Shown: positions 51,773-60,136 of the stretch, piece by piece
How the letters are laid out: every line of letters starts with the position of its first letter
Numbering within the stretch: position 1 is the first letter of the stretch
Source: Anaerolineae bacterium
GTDB taxonomy: Bacteria; Chloroflexota; Anaerolineae; CG2-30-64-16
Assembly (NCBI GenBank): GCA_038214535.1
Contig: JBBQRS010000008.1
Location: forward strand, 1,272 to 65,271
DNA: 64,000 nt
Direction of reading: 5' to 3'
The notes under the pieces: model-generated
Databases searched by the model: none
What the model was told of the DNA's origin: nothing
The model's input: only the letters and a program-made list of their open reading frames with translations
Translations under genes and position numbers: made by a program

Positions 51773-54700
51773 ATGTCCACAACCGAGTATCGAGATACCT
51801 ATCTGGGGGCCGACCTGGGCGTGATTGACCCCGATATTGACGCCATCATCGAACATGAGGCGGAGCGTCAGGCGCGCAAACTGATTATGATCCCCTCCGA
51901 ATCTATCGCGCCGCTGGCGGTGCGGCAGGCGTTGGGCTCCGTCTTCAACAACGTCTACGCGGAGGGCTATCCGCCGCTGCGGATGACGCGGGATGAGGAG
52001 GAGATGCTCCTGGACATCGCCCACCAACTCGTCGCGTATCGGCGCTACGCCGACCGGCGCTTCTACAAGGGCGTGGATTTCGTCAACTTCATCGAGACGC
52101 TGGCGCAACGGCGCGCGGCGGATTGCCTCGCCAACGACCGCGTCGCCTCCCCCGAAATTTACGTCAACGTGCAGCCGCTTTCGGGCGCGGCCGCCAACCT
52201 CGCCGTGTATGACACGCTGCTGGACGTGGGCGACACCGTGATGGGCATGGACCTGTATCAGGGCGGCCACCTGACGCACGGCAGCGAGTTCAACTTTTCC
52301 GGCAAGCGCTATCACGTGGCGAGCTATGGCGTCAGCCGCGAGACGAGCCGGTTGGATTATGACGCGATCCGCGAGCTGGCGCAGCGCGCGCGCCCGAAGA
52401 TGATCATCGCCGGGTTCACCTCATACACCTGGGTCCCCGACTGGGAACTTTTCGCCGAGATCGCGCACGAGGTCGGCGCGAAGCTGCTGGCCGACATCAG
52501 CCACCCCGCGGGGATGGCGATTGCCGGGGCCTACCCCAGCCCGGTGGGCATCGCCGACGTGATCACGTTTACGACACACAAGACGCTGTGCGGGCCGCGC
52601 GGTGCGGTGATCGTCAGTACCGACGAGGAGCTGGCGCATCGGGTTGACATGGCCGTCTTCCCCGGTGAGCAGGGCGGGCCGCACACGCAGAAGTTCGCGG
52701 CAATGGCCGTGGCCTTCAAGATTGCGCAGACGGAGACCTTCCGGCGGATGATGTTTCAGATCGTCGAGAACGCGCGGGCGCTGGCCGATGGTTTGGTGAA
52801 CCGCGGGCTGAAGCTGGCCTATGGCGGCACGGACACGCACTTCTGCGTGCTCGACCTGAACAGCGTAGGCGACCACAAGGGATCGCCGCTACGGGGAGAG
52901 CCTGCCGTGCGTATCCTCGATCTGGCGGGGATCGTGGCGAACAAGAACACCATCCCCGGCGACACGCAAACGGCGCTGGCGATGGGGATCCGGCTGGGGT
53001 CGCCGTGGCTGACGCAGCGCGGCTTCGGGCCGGCGGAGATGGACGCGGTCGCCGGGCTGATCCATCGGGTGGTGACGAACATTCGCCCCTTCTCGTACAC
53101 CGGGCTGTCGGGCGAGTTGCCGCGCGGCAAGATTGACGCGAGCGTGCTGGCCGAGGTGCGTGCATACGTAGACAGGGAAACAGGGAAACAAGGAGACAAG
53201 GAAATGGGGAAACACGGAGACACGGAGGGCACGGCGAAAAGAGAAGAAATATCTTCTCTTGGTGTCCTTGGTGATCTTCGTGTCTTGGTGGTGAAAGGGG
53301 AGCGCGCAGAGCCGGCGCTGAATCAGATCGTGACGTGTGATGTGGCGGCGCTGACGGCGGGGATGCAGGCCCGCGGGTTCATACTCGACCCTGACGGCGT
53401 GATGATGAGCGAGGTGCGCGTGACCCGGCTGGAACCGGACGCTTACGGGCGCGACCGCTTTGTGCTGCGCGTCCCGCCGGAGAACGGTGACCGCGTGGCC
53501 GGGTGGCTGCGTGACCTGGCCGATGGCTACGTGCTGTTCGACCGAGAGGAGTTGCTGCGGAAGGTCGAGGGGCCGTTCACCGTAGAGGAATGGTCTAGGG
53601 AAGAGATCGCGCCGGACATTGCGGCGACGTTACGCGCGGATGTGCGCACGCCGGATGACGTCGCGGCCACGCCGGGCGCGACCGGGTTGGCGTTATATCA
53701 GGGGGGCGCGGCGTCCCGTTTCGAGCTGCGTAAGCCGTACTTCGTCGGTCACCAAACACTGGACGCGGTGCGCGAGCATCCTGAGTTGCCTGTCTTTTTC
53801 TATGAATCGCCAGCCGACGCGCCTCTGCGTCGCACGCCGCTTTACGACTGGCACCGGGCGCACACCAGTCACATTGTCCCATTCGCCGGGTGGGAGATGC
53901 CCGTATGGTACACGGGCGTGCTGGACGAGCACAATGCCGTGCGCAAGGCGGCTGGGCTGTTCGACGTGGCGCACATGGGCGTCTTCGAGTGCCGCGGCCC
54001 GCACGCCGTTGAGTTCCTCGATCTGGTCTGCACGAACTACGTGCGCTGGTATGCCCCCGGCGAGAGTTTTTACTCCTACCTGTTGGACGCCGACGGCAAG
54101 GTGATTGACGATCTGCTGGTCTATCGCCGGGCGGCGGATCGGTTCCTGATTGTGGTGAACGCCGCCAACGCCGAGAAGGACTGGGCGTGGCTGAACGCCG
54201 TCAACGCGGGGCGTGTGCTGCTCGACCCGGCGCGGCCCGATCTGCGCGTGTTGCGGCCCGCCGAGTTGCGCGATCTCAAGGGTCCCGCCGCAGGGTCGGA
54301 GATGCGCGTGGACCTGGCGCTGCAAGGCCCCGCCGCGCTGCGCACGCTCCAGGCGCTCACGGACGACCCGCGCCTGCGCGACCGCCTCGCGCGCGTCCGC
54401 AAGACAGGGCTGATCGAATGCGACCTGGGCAGCTTCGATCTGGTGATCGCCCGCACCGGCTACACCGGCGAAGACGTGGGGTATGAGATTTTCGTCCATC
54501 CCGACCGCGCGGTCGCGCTGTGGGAGGCGCTGTTGGAGGCCGGGCAGCCGTTCGGCGTGCAACCTGCCGGGCTGGCCGCGCGCGACAGCACGCGCACCGA
54601 GGCGGGGTTGCCGCTCTACGGGCACGAGCTGGCCGGGCCGTTCGACATTTCGCCCGCGGGCGCGCGCTTTGCGGGCTACGTCAAGCTGCACAAGCCTTAT

Positions 54701-55102
54701 TTCATCGGGCGACCTGCGTATCTGGCGGCGGAGCAAGCGCGCACGATGGAGGTCGCGCGGTTCCGCATGAAGGCGCGCGGCGTGCGGATGCCCAAGACGG
54801 GCGATCCGGTGGTGAATGCGCGCGGACAGGCGGTCGGCTGGGTGACGAGCGCCGCGGTGGACGTGAACGGCGTGATCCTGGGGCTGGCCTACGTGCAGAG
54901 CCGCTATGCGCGGCCCGGCGATGAGATCGGCGTGTTCAACCTGCCCGCGAAGCCGCTGACCGAGAAGGGTAACAAGGCCGAGTTGGAGCCCGGCGACAAG
55001 GTCGCGCTGGCCGATTGGGCCGTGTTGCTGCCGCGTTTCCCGGATGCGGTCGAGCGCGCGGGGTGGCGGGATAGCGGATGGCGGATGGCTGATAGCATAT
55101 AG
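51773..55102 (+). CDS. glyA: Serine hydroxymethyltransferase fused in frame to a GcvT-like aminomethyltransferase (1109 aa)
   Basis: GAGGAG RBS and ATG 51773. SHMT blocks (PSESIAP, YAEGYP, TTHKTLCGPRG) up to about 53160. Repeat-derived linker. GcvT blocks (TPLYDWH...FAGWEMPVWY, LFDVAHMG) up to the stop at 55102. No stop codon in between. Confidence 0.75.
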   Translation: MSTTEYRDTYLGADLGVIDPDIDAIIEHEAERQARKLIMIPSESIAPLAVRQALGSVFNNVYAEGYPPLRMTRDEEEMLLDIAHQLVAYRRYADRRFYKGVDFVNFIETLAQRRAADCLANDRVASPEIYVNVQPLSGAAANLAVYDTLLDVGDTVMGMDLYQGGHLTHGSEFNFSGKRYHVASYGVSRETSRLDYDAIRELAQRARPKMIIAGFTSYTWVPDWELFAEIAHEVGAKLLADISHPAGMAIAGAYPSPVGIADVITFTTHKTLCGPRGAVIVSTDEELAHRVDMAVFPGEQGGPHTQKFAAMAVAFKIAQTETFRRMMFQIVENARALADGLVNRGLKLAYGGTDTHFCVLDLNSVGDHKGSPLRGEPAVRILDLAGIVANKNTIPGDTQTALAMGIRLGSPWLTQRGFGPAEMDAVAGLIHRVVTNIRPFSYTGLSGELPRGKIDASVLAEVRAYVDRETGKQGDKEMGKHGDTEGTAKREEISSLGVLGDLRVLVVKGERAEPALNQIVTCDVAALTAGMQARGFILDPDGVMMSEVRVTRLEPDAYGRDRFVLRVPPENGDRVAGWLRDLADGYVLFDREELLRKVEGPFTVEEWSREEIAPDIAATLRADVRTPDDVAATPGATGLALYQGGAASRFELRKPYFVGHQTLDAVREHPELPVFFYESPADAPLRRTPLYDWHRAHTSHIVPFAGWEMPVWYTGVLDEHNAVRKAAGLFDVAHMGVFECRGPHAVEFLDLVCTNYVRWYAPGESFYSYLLDADGKVIDDLLVYRRAADRFLIVVNAANAEKDWAWLNAVNAGRVLLDPARPDLRVLRPAELRDLKGPAAGSEMRVDLALQGPAALRTLQALTDDPRLRDRLARVRKTGLIECDLGSFDLVIARTGYTGEDVGYEIFVHPDRAVALWEALLEAGQPFGVQPAGLAARDSTRTEAGLPLYGHELAGPFDISPAGARFAGYVKLHKPYFIGRPAYLAAEQARTMEVARFRMKARGVRMPKTGDPVVNARGQAVGWVTSAAVDVNGVILGLAYVQSRYARPGDEIGVFNLPAKPLTEKGNKAELEPGDKVALADWAVLLPRFPDAVERAGWRDSGWRMADSI
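53168..53300. repeat. Word-repeat element translated as the SHMT-GcvT linker
   Basis: gtagacagggaaacagggaaacaaggagacaaggaa... plus an inner palindrome aagagaag/cttctctt (53239-53260) and ggtgtccttggtgatcttcgtgtcttggtg. Internal AAGGAG-8 nt-ATG at 53204. Confidence 0.8.
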
Positions 55103-55107
55103 CGGAG

Positions 55108-55138
55108 TGCGCACGCCACGCGATGGCGTCAGATGCGC
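55108..55138. repeat. Hairpin element, family F (inverted copy)
   Basis: tgcgcacgccacgcgatggcgtcagatgcgc is close to the reverse complement of 21558-21588. Confidence 0.75.
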
Positions 55139-55224
55139 AGGGGCGTTTGGAACACGAAGACCGCGAAACGGCGCGAAGGGCGCGAAACGCGAAGGGCGCG
55201 AAGGGGAAGACCGACGATTGCTTA

Positions 55225-55233
55225 TGGTATAAT
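55225..55233 (+). promoter_or_regulatory. Extended -10 box TGGTATAAT
   Basis: TGnTATAAT ends 6 nt before the ATG at 55240, compatible with a leaderless or near-leaderless transcript. Confidence 0.4.
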
Positions 55234-55239
55234 TCGGCC

Positions 55240-55523
55240 ATGGAAGAACGCTTGCCAAATGCCGATAATGCCCGCACTATGGAAAACACATTGGAGTTGC
55301 TTGATACGGTCATTACCACCGTTAACTTGCCGGATCATGATGTCCTTGCCGGTGACCTGGGGGCATCGTTGAAGTGTATGTCACGCCGACCCTGGCTTAC
55401 GAGGTCGAGTTCATCAACCCGGATGGGACGACGCGTGCTCTGCTGACTTTGGCCCCGCACCAGGTGCGACGGCTCGCGCCAACCGATGTCTTGACGACGC
55501 GGCAGCTTCTGCTCGCGGCGTAG
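55240..55523 (+). pseudogene. DUF4926-like small gene interrupted by a 1-nt frameshift near 55359-55365
   Basis: Frame 1 gives ...LLDTVITTVNLPDHDVLAGDLGA, then nonsense. The next frame continues IVEVYVTPTLAYEVEFINPDGTTRALLTLAPHQVRRL... to TAG 55521-55523. An alternative start is ATG 55279. Confidence 0.6.
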
Positions 55524-55543
55524 CTTTTCGGACTTTATACTTT

Positions 55544-55948
55544 ATGATGAACTCCACGGACATAAATAGCATTCGCGAGGTGCTGACGGCCCACTTGAGC
55601 GACAGGCCGGAAATCCTCTTTGCGATCCTCTATGGCTCGGCTAGCGAGGGCGGCGCGTTTCGTGATCTGGACGTGGCGGTGTGGGTGGATCGGGCGGCGG
55701 TTTCCGTCGAAGCTGAGTTGGCGTATGGCTTTGACTTGGCTGACGAGTTGGAGAAAGTAGTGCGTTTCCCGGTAGACGTGCGCATCATCAATGACGCGCC
55801 GCTGCCCTATCGCTACAACGTCAGCCGCGGGCAAAAGCTGGGCGCGCGCGATGAGGAGGCGTATTACACCTTCATCGAGCGCACCCGTTTGGCATGGTGG
55901 GACTTCGAGCCGGTCGCGATGGCCTATCTACGAGAGATGAAATCATGA
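55544..55948 (+). CDS. mntA: MntA-like minimal nucleotidyltransferase antitoxin
   Basis: LYGSASEGGAFRDLDVAV (GS-x9-DxD NTase motif). ATGA overlap with the downstream HEPN gene. Confidence 0.8.
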   Translation: MMNSTDINSIREVLTAHLSDRPEILFAILYGSASEGGAFRDLDVAVWVDRAAVSVEAELAYGFDLADELEKVVRFPVDVRIINDAPLPYRYNVSRGQKLGARDEEAYYTFIERTRLAWWDFEPVAMAYLREMKS

Positions 55949-56367
55949 CCGTAGATGCGATACGAATACGCGAGCGGCTTGGCCTTATTGCCGATACCGA
56001 ACGTCGCCTGCGCGAGTTGAGCGCCCTGACCGAGGAAGCGTTTCTGGCTGACTTTCGCAACACGGAAAGCGCCAAGTATTTGCTCATTGTGGCGACGGAA
56101 GCGGCGATTGACGTTTGTAATCACGTTGCGGCTCGTCGGGGTGGACGCTCACCGGAGGGCTATGCGGATTGCTTCACGGTTCTTGCAGAACTCGGCTTGA
56201 TCACCGGCGAACTGGCAGGTCGTTTGCGGCAAATGGCAAGATTCCGCAATTTTCTCGTGCACCTGTACTGGCAGGTGGACAACGGGCGCATCTATACGAT
56301 TTTGCAGGACAATCTCACAGACCTGAGCGCTTTCCGGGAGCAGCTTGTTCTGTCGCTGGGCCTCTGA
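55945..56367 (+). CDS. hepT: HepT-like HEPN (DUF86) toxin
   Basis: Start trimmed to MTVDAIRIRERL. R-x4-H motif in RFRNFLVHLY. Confidence 0.8.
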   Translation: MTVDAIRIRERLGLIADTERRLRELSALTEEAFLADFRNTESAKYLLIVATEAAIDVCNHVAARRGGRSPEGYADCFTVLAELGLITGELAGRLRQMARFRNFLVHLYWQVDNGRIYTILQDNLTDLSAFREQLVLSLGL

Positions 56368-56443
56368 ATGCGTCGTAAACTCTGTTTCAGCATAACGTGT
56401 TGATAAAGTGTGCGAAGCCGGGTATGAGTGTGCATGGGGAACT

Positions 56444-56512
56444 ATTTTGCACGCGGAGACGCGGAGGACGCGGAGATTTTTTAGCATTTCTCAGCGTCTC
56501 CGCGTGCAAAAT
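56444..56512. repeat. Word palindrome (GCGGAGACGCGGAG words) between convergent hepT and rho
   Basis: attttgcacgcggagacgcggaggacgcggag pairs with gcgtctccgcgtgcaaaat. Confidence 0.85.
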
Positions 56513-56518
56513 GTGATG

Positions 56519-57640
56519 TTACAGACTGGGTTTGAGCGCGGCGAGCAGTTGGGGGTTGGTGGGGTATTTGTCGAGGAGCTGCAACAACTTGAGCATCCCC
56601 TCTTTGGGTTGATACTGGGCCAGCCCGCGCCGCAGGGTGCGCAGGCGCGCCATCTCATCGGGCGGGTAGAGCAGTTCTTCGCGGCGCGTGCCCGACGCGT
56701 TGATGTTGATCGCGGGGAAGATGCGCGCCTCGGCCAGCGCGCGGTCGAGCACGACCTCGCTGTTGCCGGTGGCCTTCAACTCCTCGAAGATCACCTGATC
56801 GAGCCGCGATTCGGTGTCTACCAGCACCGACGCCAGCACCGTGACCGAGCCGCCGCCCTCGATGTTGCGCGCCAGCCCGAAGAAACGCCGCGGCATCTCC
56901 ATCGCGCTCGCCTCGAGCCCGCCGGAGAGGCTGCGCCCGCGCCCCGGCGCGCCCAGGTTGAAGGCCCGCGCCAGCCGCGTCAGGCTATCCAGCACGACCA
57001 CCACGTCGCGGCCGCATTCCAGCTCCACGCGGATGTGCGCCAGCATCAGCTCCATCAGCGCCATGTGCTCCTGCGTGGGGCGGTCGCTGGATGAGGCGAT
57101 CACCTCCGCGCCCGCGGCCCGCCGGAAATAGGTTACTTCCTCCGGGCGCTCGTCAATCAGCAGCACGATGACGCGCGTTTCGGGGGCGATGCCCGCGATG
57201 CCGGTCGCCAGCTTGCTGAGCAGCGTGGTTTTGCCGGCCTTGGGCGGCGAGACGATCAGCCCGCGCGTGCCCTTGCCGATGGGCGCGACCAAGTCTACCG
57301 AGCGCAGCGTGATATCGGGCAGACTGCCGAAATCGAGGCGCGCGTTGGGGTCAATGGGGATCAGGTCTTCGAAGTCGGGCCGCGCGGCAAACGCCTCCGG
57401 CGTCAGCCCCGAGATGCAGGCGATATCGGTCAGCGTGAGGACGCCGTTAACCCGGCGCGTCGGGCCTTCGACCAGCGCGCCTTCCGGCAGGCCATAGTCG
57501 CGGATCAACGCCGCAGGGACGACGGGGTCGCGCGGCGTGGCCCGGAATGAGCGCGCGGGATCGAGCAACTTGCCGTCGCGCCGGCCTTCGAGCTTCAGCA
57601 CGCCTTCGGCGCGGTCCGTGGGAAGAGATGGTTTCGTCAT
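56519..57640 (-). CDS. rho: Transcription termination factor Rho (short form, 373 aa)
   Basis: Walker A PPKAGKTTLL, LIDERPEEV, DSLTRLARA, PAININASGTRREELL. The N-terminus starts at the OB/CSD-like domain. Confidence 0.9.
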   Translation of the reverse strand: MTKPSLPTDRAEGVLKLEGRRDGKLLDPARSFRATPRDPVVPAALIRDYGLPEGALVEGPTRRVNGVLTLTDIACISGLTPEAFAARPDFEDLIPIDPNARLDFGSLPDITLRSVDLVAPIGKGTRGLIVSPPKAGKTTLLSKLATGIAGIAPETRVIVLLIDERPEEVTYFRRAAGAEVIASSSDRPTQEHMALMELMLAHIRVELECGRDVVVVLDSLTRLARAFNLGAPGRGRSLSGGLEASAMEMPRRFFGLARNIEGGGSVTVLASVLVDTESRLDQVIFEELKATGNSEVVLDRALAEARIFPAININASGTRREELLYPPDEMARLRTLRRGLAQYQPKEGMLKLLQLLDKYPTNPQLLAALKPSL

Positions 57641-57688
57641 CAGTGGATAGCTTCAGCTTACCACGTTGTGGCGACAAACACAAGCGCG

Positions 57689-57804
57689 TTCACCACGAAG
57701 AAACGGGGAAGAAAAGTAGGCATGGGAACATGGATAGATAAGGTTCCCTTTTTGTTGTTTGCGTATGAAAAAGAATCTTCGTTTCTTCGTTCCTTCGTGG
57801 TGAA
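57689..57804. repeat. Composite word palindrome (CACGAAG/AACGAAG words) with an inner hairpin
   Basis: ttcaccacgaagaaacg pairs with cgtttcttcgttccttcgtggtgaa. Inner stem gggaac/gttccc (57724-57748). Confidence 0.85.
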
Positions 57805-57834
57805 TAAAAGTCAGGGTGAGGGTGTGCGGTATCC

Positions 57835-57868
57835 AGACCTGACAGGTTTGCGCAAACCTGTCAGGTCT
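57835..57868. repeat. Hairpin element, family B
   Basis: agacctgacaggtttgcgcaaacctgtcaggtct. Confidence 0.9.
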
Positions 57869-57879
57869 TGCGCGTAGTT

Positions 57880-57919
57880 AGAAACCCGGTTTCCGGCTTC
57901 GCCGAGAAACCGGGTTTCT
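57880..57919. repeat. Hairpin element, family C
   Basis: agaaacccggtttccggcttcgccgagaaaccgggtttct, 10 nt downstream of the patatin stop. Confidence 0.9.
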
Positions 57920-57929
57920 TGTTGCACGC

Positions 57930-58841
57930 TTATCGCAGGTCGGGCGGGACGTATTCGCGGAGGCCGGGGGCGGCCGGCGCGGGCGCCTGATCCATGACCG
58001 GCCGGACGTCGAGCGGGGCGGGGTTTTCGAGATAGCGGTCGGTGGCCGCCTTGCCCGCGGCGAACATCTCGTTAATGTGGTCGAAGTCGTTGAACGGCAG
58101 GTGCGAGAAGTCGGTGATATGGATGTGGTGCAGCTCGACCCGCGGATCGTCCGCGGCGCGTTTGAGGTCGGCGAAGAGCGATTGCCCGATGAAGGTGTCA
58201 ATGGTGCGCATCAGGATGTTCAGGATGCCGCTGACGCGCGGCAAGGCTTCCGTGCCGTGAGCCACGTTGATCGCGTAGATCACGTCCGCGCCCTTGTCTA
58301 TCGCCACGCTGCACGGCACGCACGCCACCACCCCGCCATCCACCAGTTGCAGGTCGCCGTAGTCCACGGGATCCTGGTAGACCGGGATCGAGCTGCTCGC
58401 CATGATCGCATCCACCAGCGGCGCGGCGGGGTCTTCGCCGAACAGGTAGAGCCGGCGGCTGATGAGGTCGGCGGCGGTGAGATAGGCCGGGCACTTGAGG
58501 TGGCCGAAGGTCGTCGCCCCGGCGGGCAGGTTGTCCGCAATGAGTTTGCGCATCCCCTCGCTGGGGAAGGCGCTGTCCTCGCCGGTCAGGGCGCGCCAGG
58601 CGATGGTGAAGGCGTTGCCGGGGTAGACCACGTCCCGCGTGCCTTTACGCCAGGCCGCTTCAAGGTTCGGGATCGCGTCCAGGTCAGGTCCGCGCGCGGC
58701 CATGAAGCCTGAGTTGATAGAGCCTGCGGACGTGCCGACGAAGAAGTCGGGTTTGATGCCGTGCTCCAGCAGCGAGCGCAGCGCGCCCACCTGGAGCGGC
58801 CCGCGAATGCCGCCCCCGCTGAGGACAAAGGCTGTCGTCAT
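57930..58841 (-). CDS. Patatin-like phospholipase
   Basis: Oxyanion GGGIRG, nucleophile GTSAG (GxSxG), catalytic Asp in LVDGG. GGAGG RBS. Confidence 0.88.
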   Translation of the reverse strand: MTTAFVLSGGGIRGPLQVGALRSLLEHGIKPDFFVGTSAGSINSGFMAARGPDLDAIPNLEAAWRKGTRDVVYPGNAFTIAWRALTGEDSAFPSEGMRKLIADNLPAGATTFGHLKCPAYLTAADLISRRLYLFGEDPAAPLVDAIMASSSIPVYQDPVDYGDLQLVDGGVVACVPCSVAIDKGADVIYAINVAHGTEALPRVSGILNILMRTIDTFIGQSLFADLKRAADDPRVELHHIHITDFSHLPFNDFDHINEMFAAGKAATDRYLENPAPLDVRPVMDQAPAPAAPGLREYVPPDLR

Positions 58842-59047
58842 TGTTGCCTCCGTGGATATTGTTATTTCGCCGGCAGGGTACGCAACGAATGCTGACTTAG
58901 GATCTCCAGTACCTATTTTGGATTCGTCGCGCGATTGTTCTGTTTTTGCACCAGACTCACTATATCAAAGGTCGCACGAATAGTAAAGCGCTTCATTCAC
59001 GGATTGCCCGGGTCGCGCGCGCAGCGCGGCGCCATCAGATAGCGGGG

Positions 59048-59104
59048 CAGCGGATAAACGGATAAAACGCACTTCCCATCCGCTTATCTGTTTTCATCCG
59101 CTGC
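59048..59104. repeat. Hairpin (CGGATAA words) downstream of 59109-60038
   Basis: gcagcggat (59048-59056) pairs with atccgctgc (59096-59104). Confidence 0.6.
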
Positions 59105-59108
59105 CCTT

Positions 59109-60038
59109 TCACCCCACCGGAATCCCCAGATCGCTTGCGCCACGCGGCGAGGCGATCGCCTCTGGGAAGTAGCGGCGCAGCATGTCCACGGCGATGGCGG
59201 CGCGGTGGACGCGCTCGCGGGCCATGAGGACGGCCATCGCCTCGTAGTGCAGCCCGCTCGGGTAGATGTTGGGTGCGTTGCGCAGGCCCAGCTTGACGTA
59301 CATCGGCGCGGCGACGCGCACCATCTCCGGGACTTCGTAATGGCGGATGAACCCGCCGAAGTCGTCCGGCGCTTCGACGTATACGTCCAGCGGCAGCGAG
59401 ACGGCTTGGCGCACCGCGGCCAGTTGCGGCAGGGTGAGATCGGTGGGCACGTTGTACGTCCCCGCGCCGAGTTGCTCCATCCAGCGGACGGCGAGCGGGT
59501 TGGCCGGCCCCATCTGCACCGAGATCTTCAGCACCAGCTCCGCGGGCAAGTCTCCCGTGCGCTTCATCTCCGCGGCCAGCCACAACAGCCCCTCATCGGC
59601 CACCAGCACCGAGCGGATGCCCAGCGCACACGCGCGCCGGATGTCCTCAACGGCGTAGATCACCTGCTCCATGCCGCGCAGGCGCGCGCCCAGGTTCTTG
59701 CCGCCCGCCGCGGTGATCTGCGCGCCGGTGTCCCATGCGGCGCGTGGCCCGACGAAGAGGCTCACCTCGATGCCGGCCGCGTGGCCCAGTTGCGCCATCT
59801 CGCGGATTTCGGCGTCGGTGAGGAGCATGATGCCGCTGCCCTGCGACACGCGCTGGATCAGCACCTCCTGGCGCTCTGCTTCCTCCAGCACGGCGGCCAG
59901 CGCCCGCGGCCCCTCGACGCTGGGGATCTCCACGCGATAATGCGCCCCGTCGGGGAAGCGCAACAACGAATCGGGCAGGTCATACGCGTCGCCGATCGGC
60001 AGGCCGCGCGCCCTCAAAAACTCTCGAACTTCCTTCAT
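59109..60038 (-). CDS. Conserved hypothetical protein (309 aa, function unknown)
   Basis: Long ORF with a coding-like composition. No catalytic motif recognised. Confidence 0.7.
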   Translation of the reverse strand: MKEVREFLRARGLPIGDAYDLPDSLLRFPDGAHYRVEIPSVEGPRALAAVLEEAERQEVLIQRVSQGSGIMLLTDAEIREMAQLGHAAGIEVSLFVGPRAAWDTGAQITAAGGKNLGARLRGMEQVIYAVEDIRRACALGIRSVLVADEGLLWLAAEMKRTGDLPAELVLKISVQMGPANPLAVRWMEQLGAGTYNVPTDLTLPQLAAVRQAVSLPLDVYVEAPDDFGGFIRHYEVPEMVRVAAPMYVKLGLRNAPNIYPSGLHYEAMAVLMARERVHRAAIAVDMLRRYFPEAIASPRGASDLGIPVG

Positions 60039-60057
60039 AGCTCTACCTTTCTATTTT

Positions 60058-60134
60058 TCTCACCACGAAGGAACGAAGAAACGAAGATTCTCTAAAAAAA
60101 TTCTTCTGCGTTTCTTCGCTCCTTCGTGGTGAAT
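60058..60134. repeat. Word palindrome (CACGAAGG/AACGAAGA words) between fpg and the downstream gene
   Basis: tctcaccacgaaggaacgaagaaacgaagattct pairs with aattcttctgcgtttcttcgctccttcgtggtgaat. Confidence 0.9.
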
Positions 60135-60136
60135 CT

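Noticed and set aside
57930-60038. Patatin-like phospholipase plus the adjacent unknown gene as a CBASS- or effector-type defence operon
   Set aside because: There is no cyclase, sensor or NTase partner. The two genes are separated by 267 bp containing a hairpin, and the second protein has no recognisable defence-related motif.
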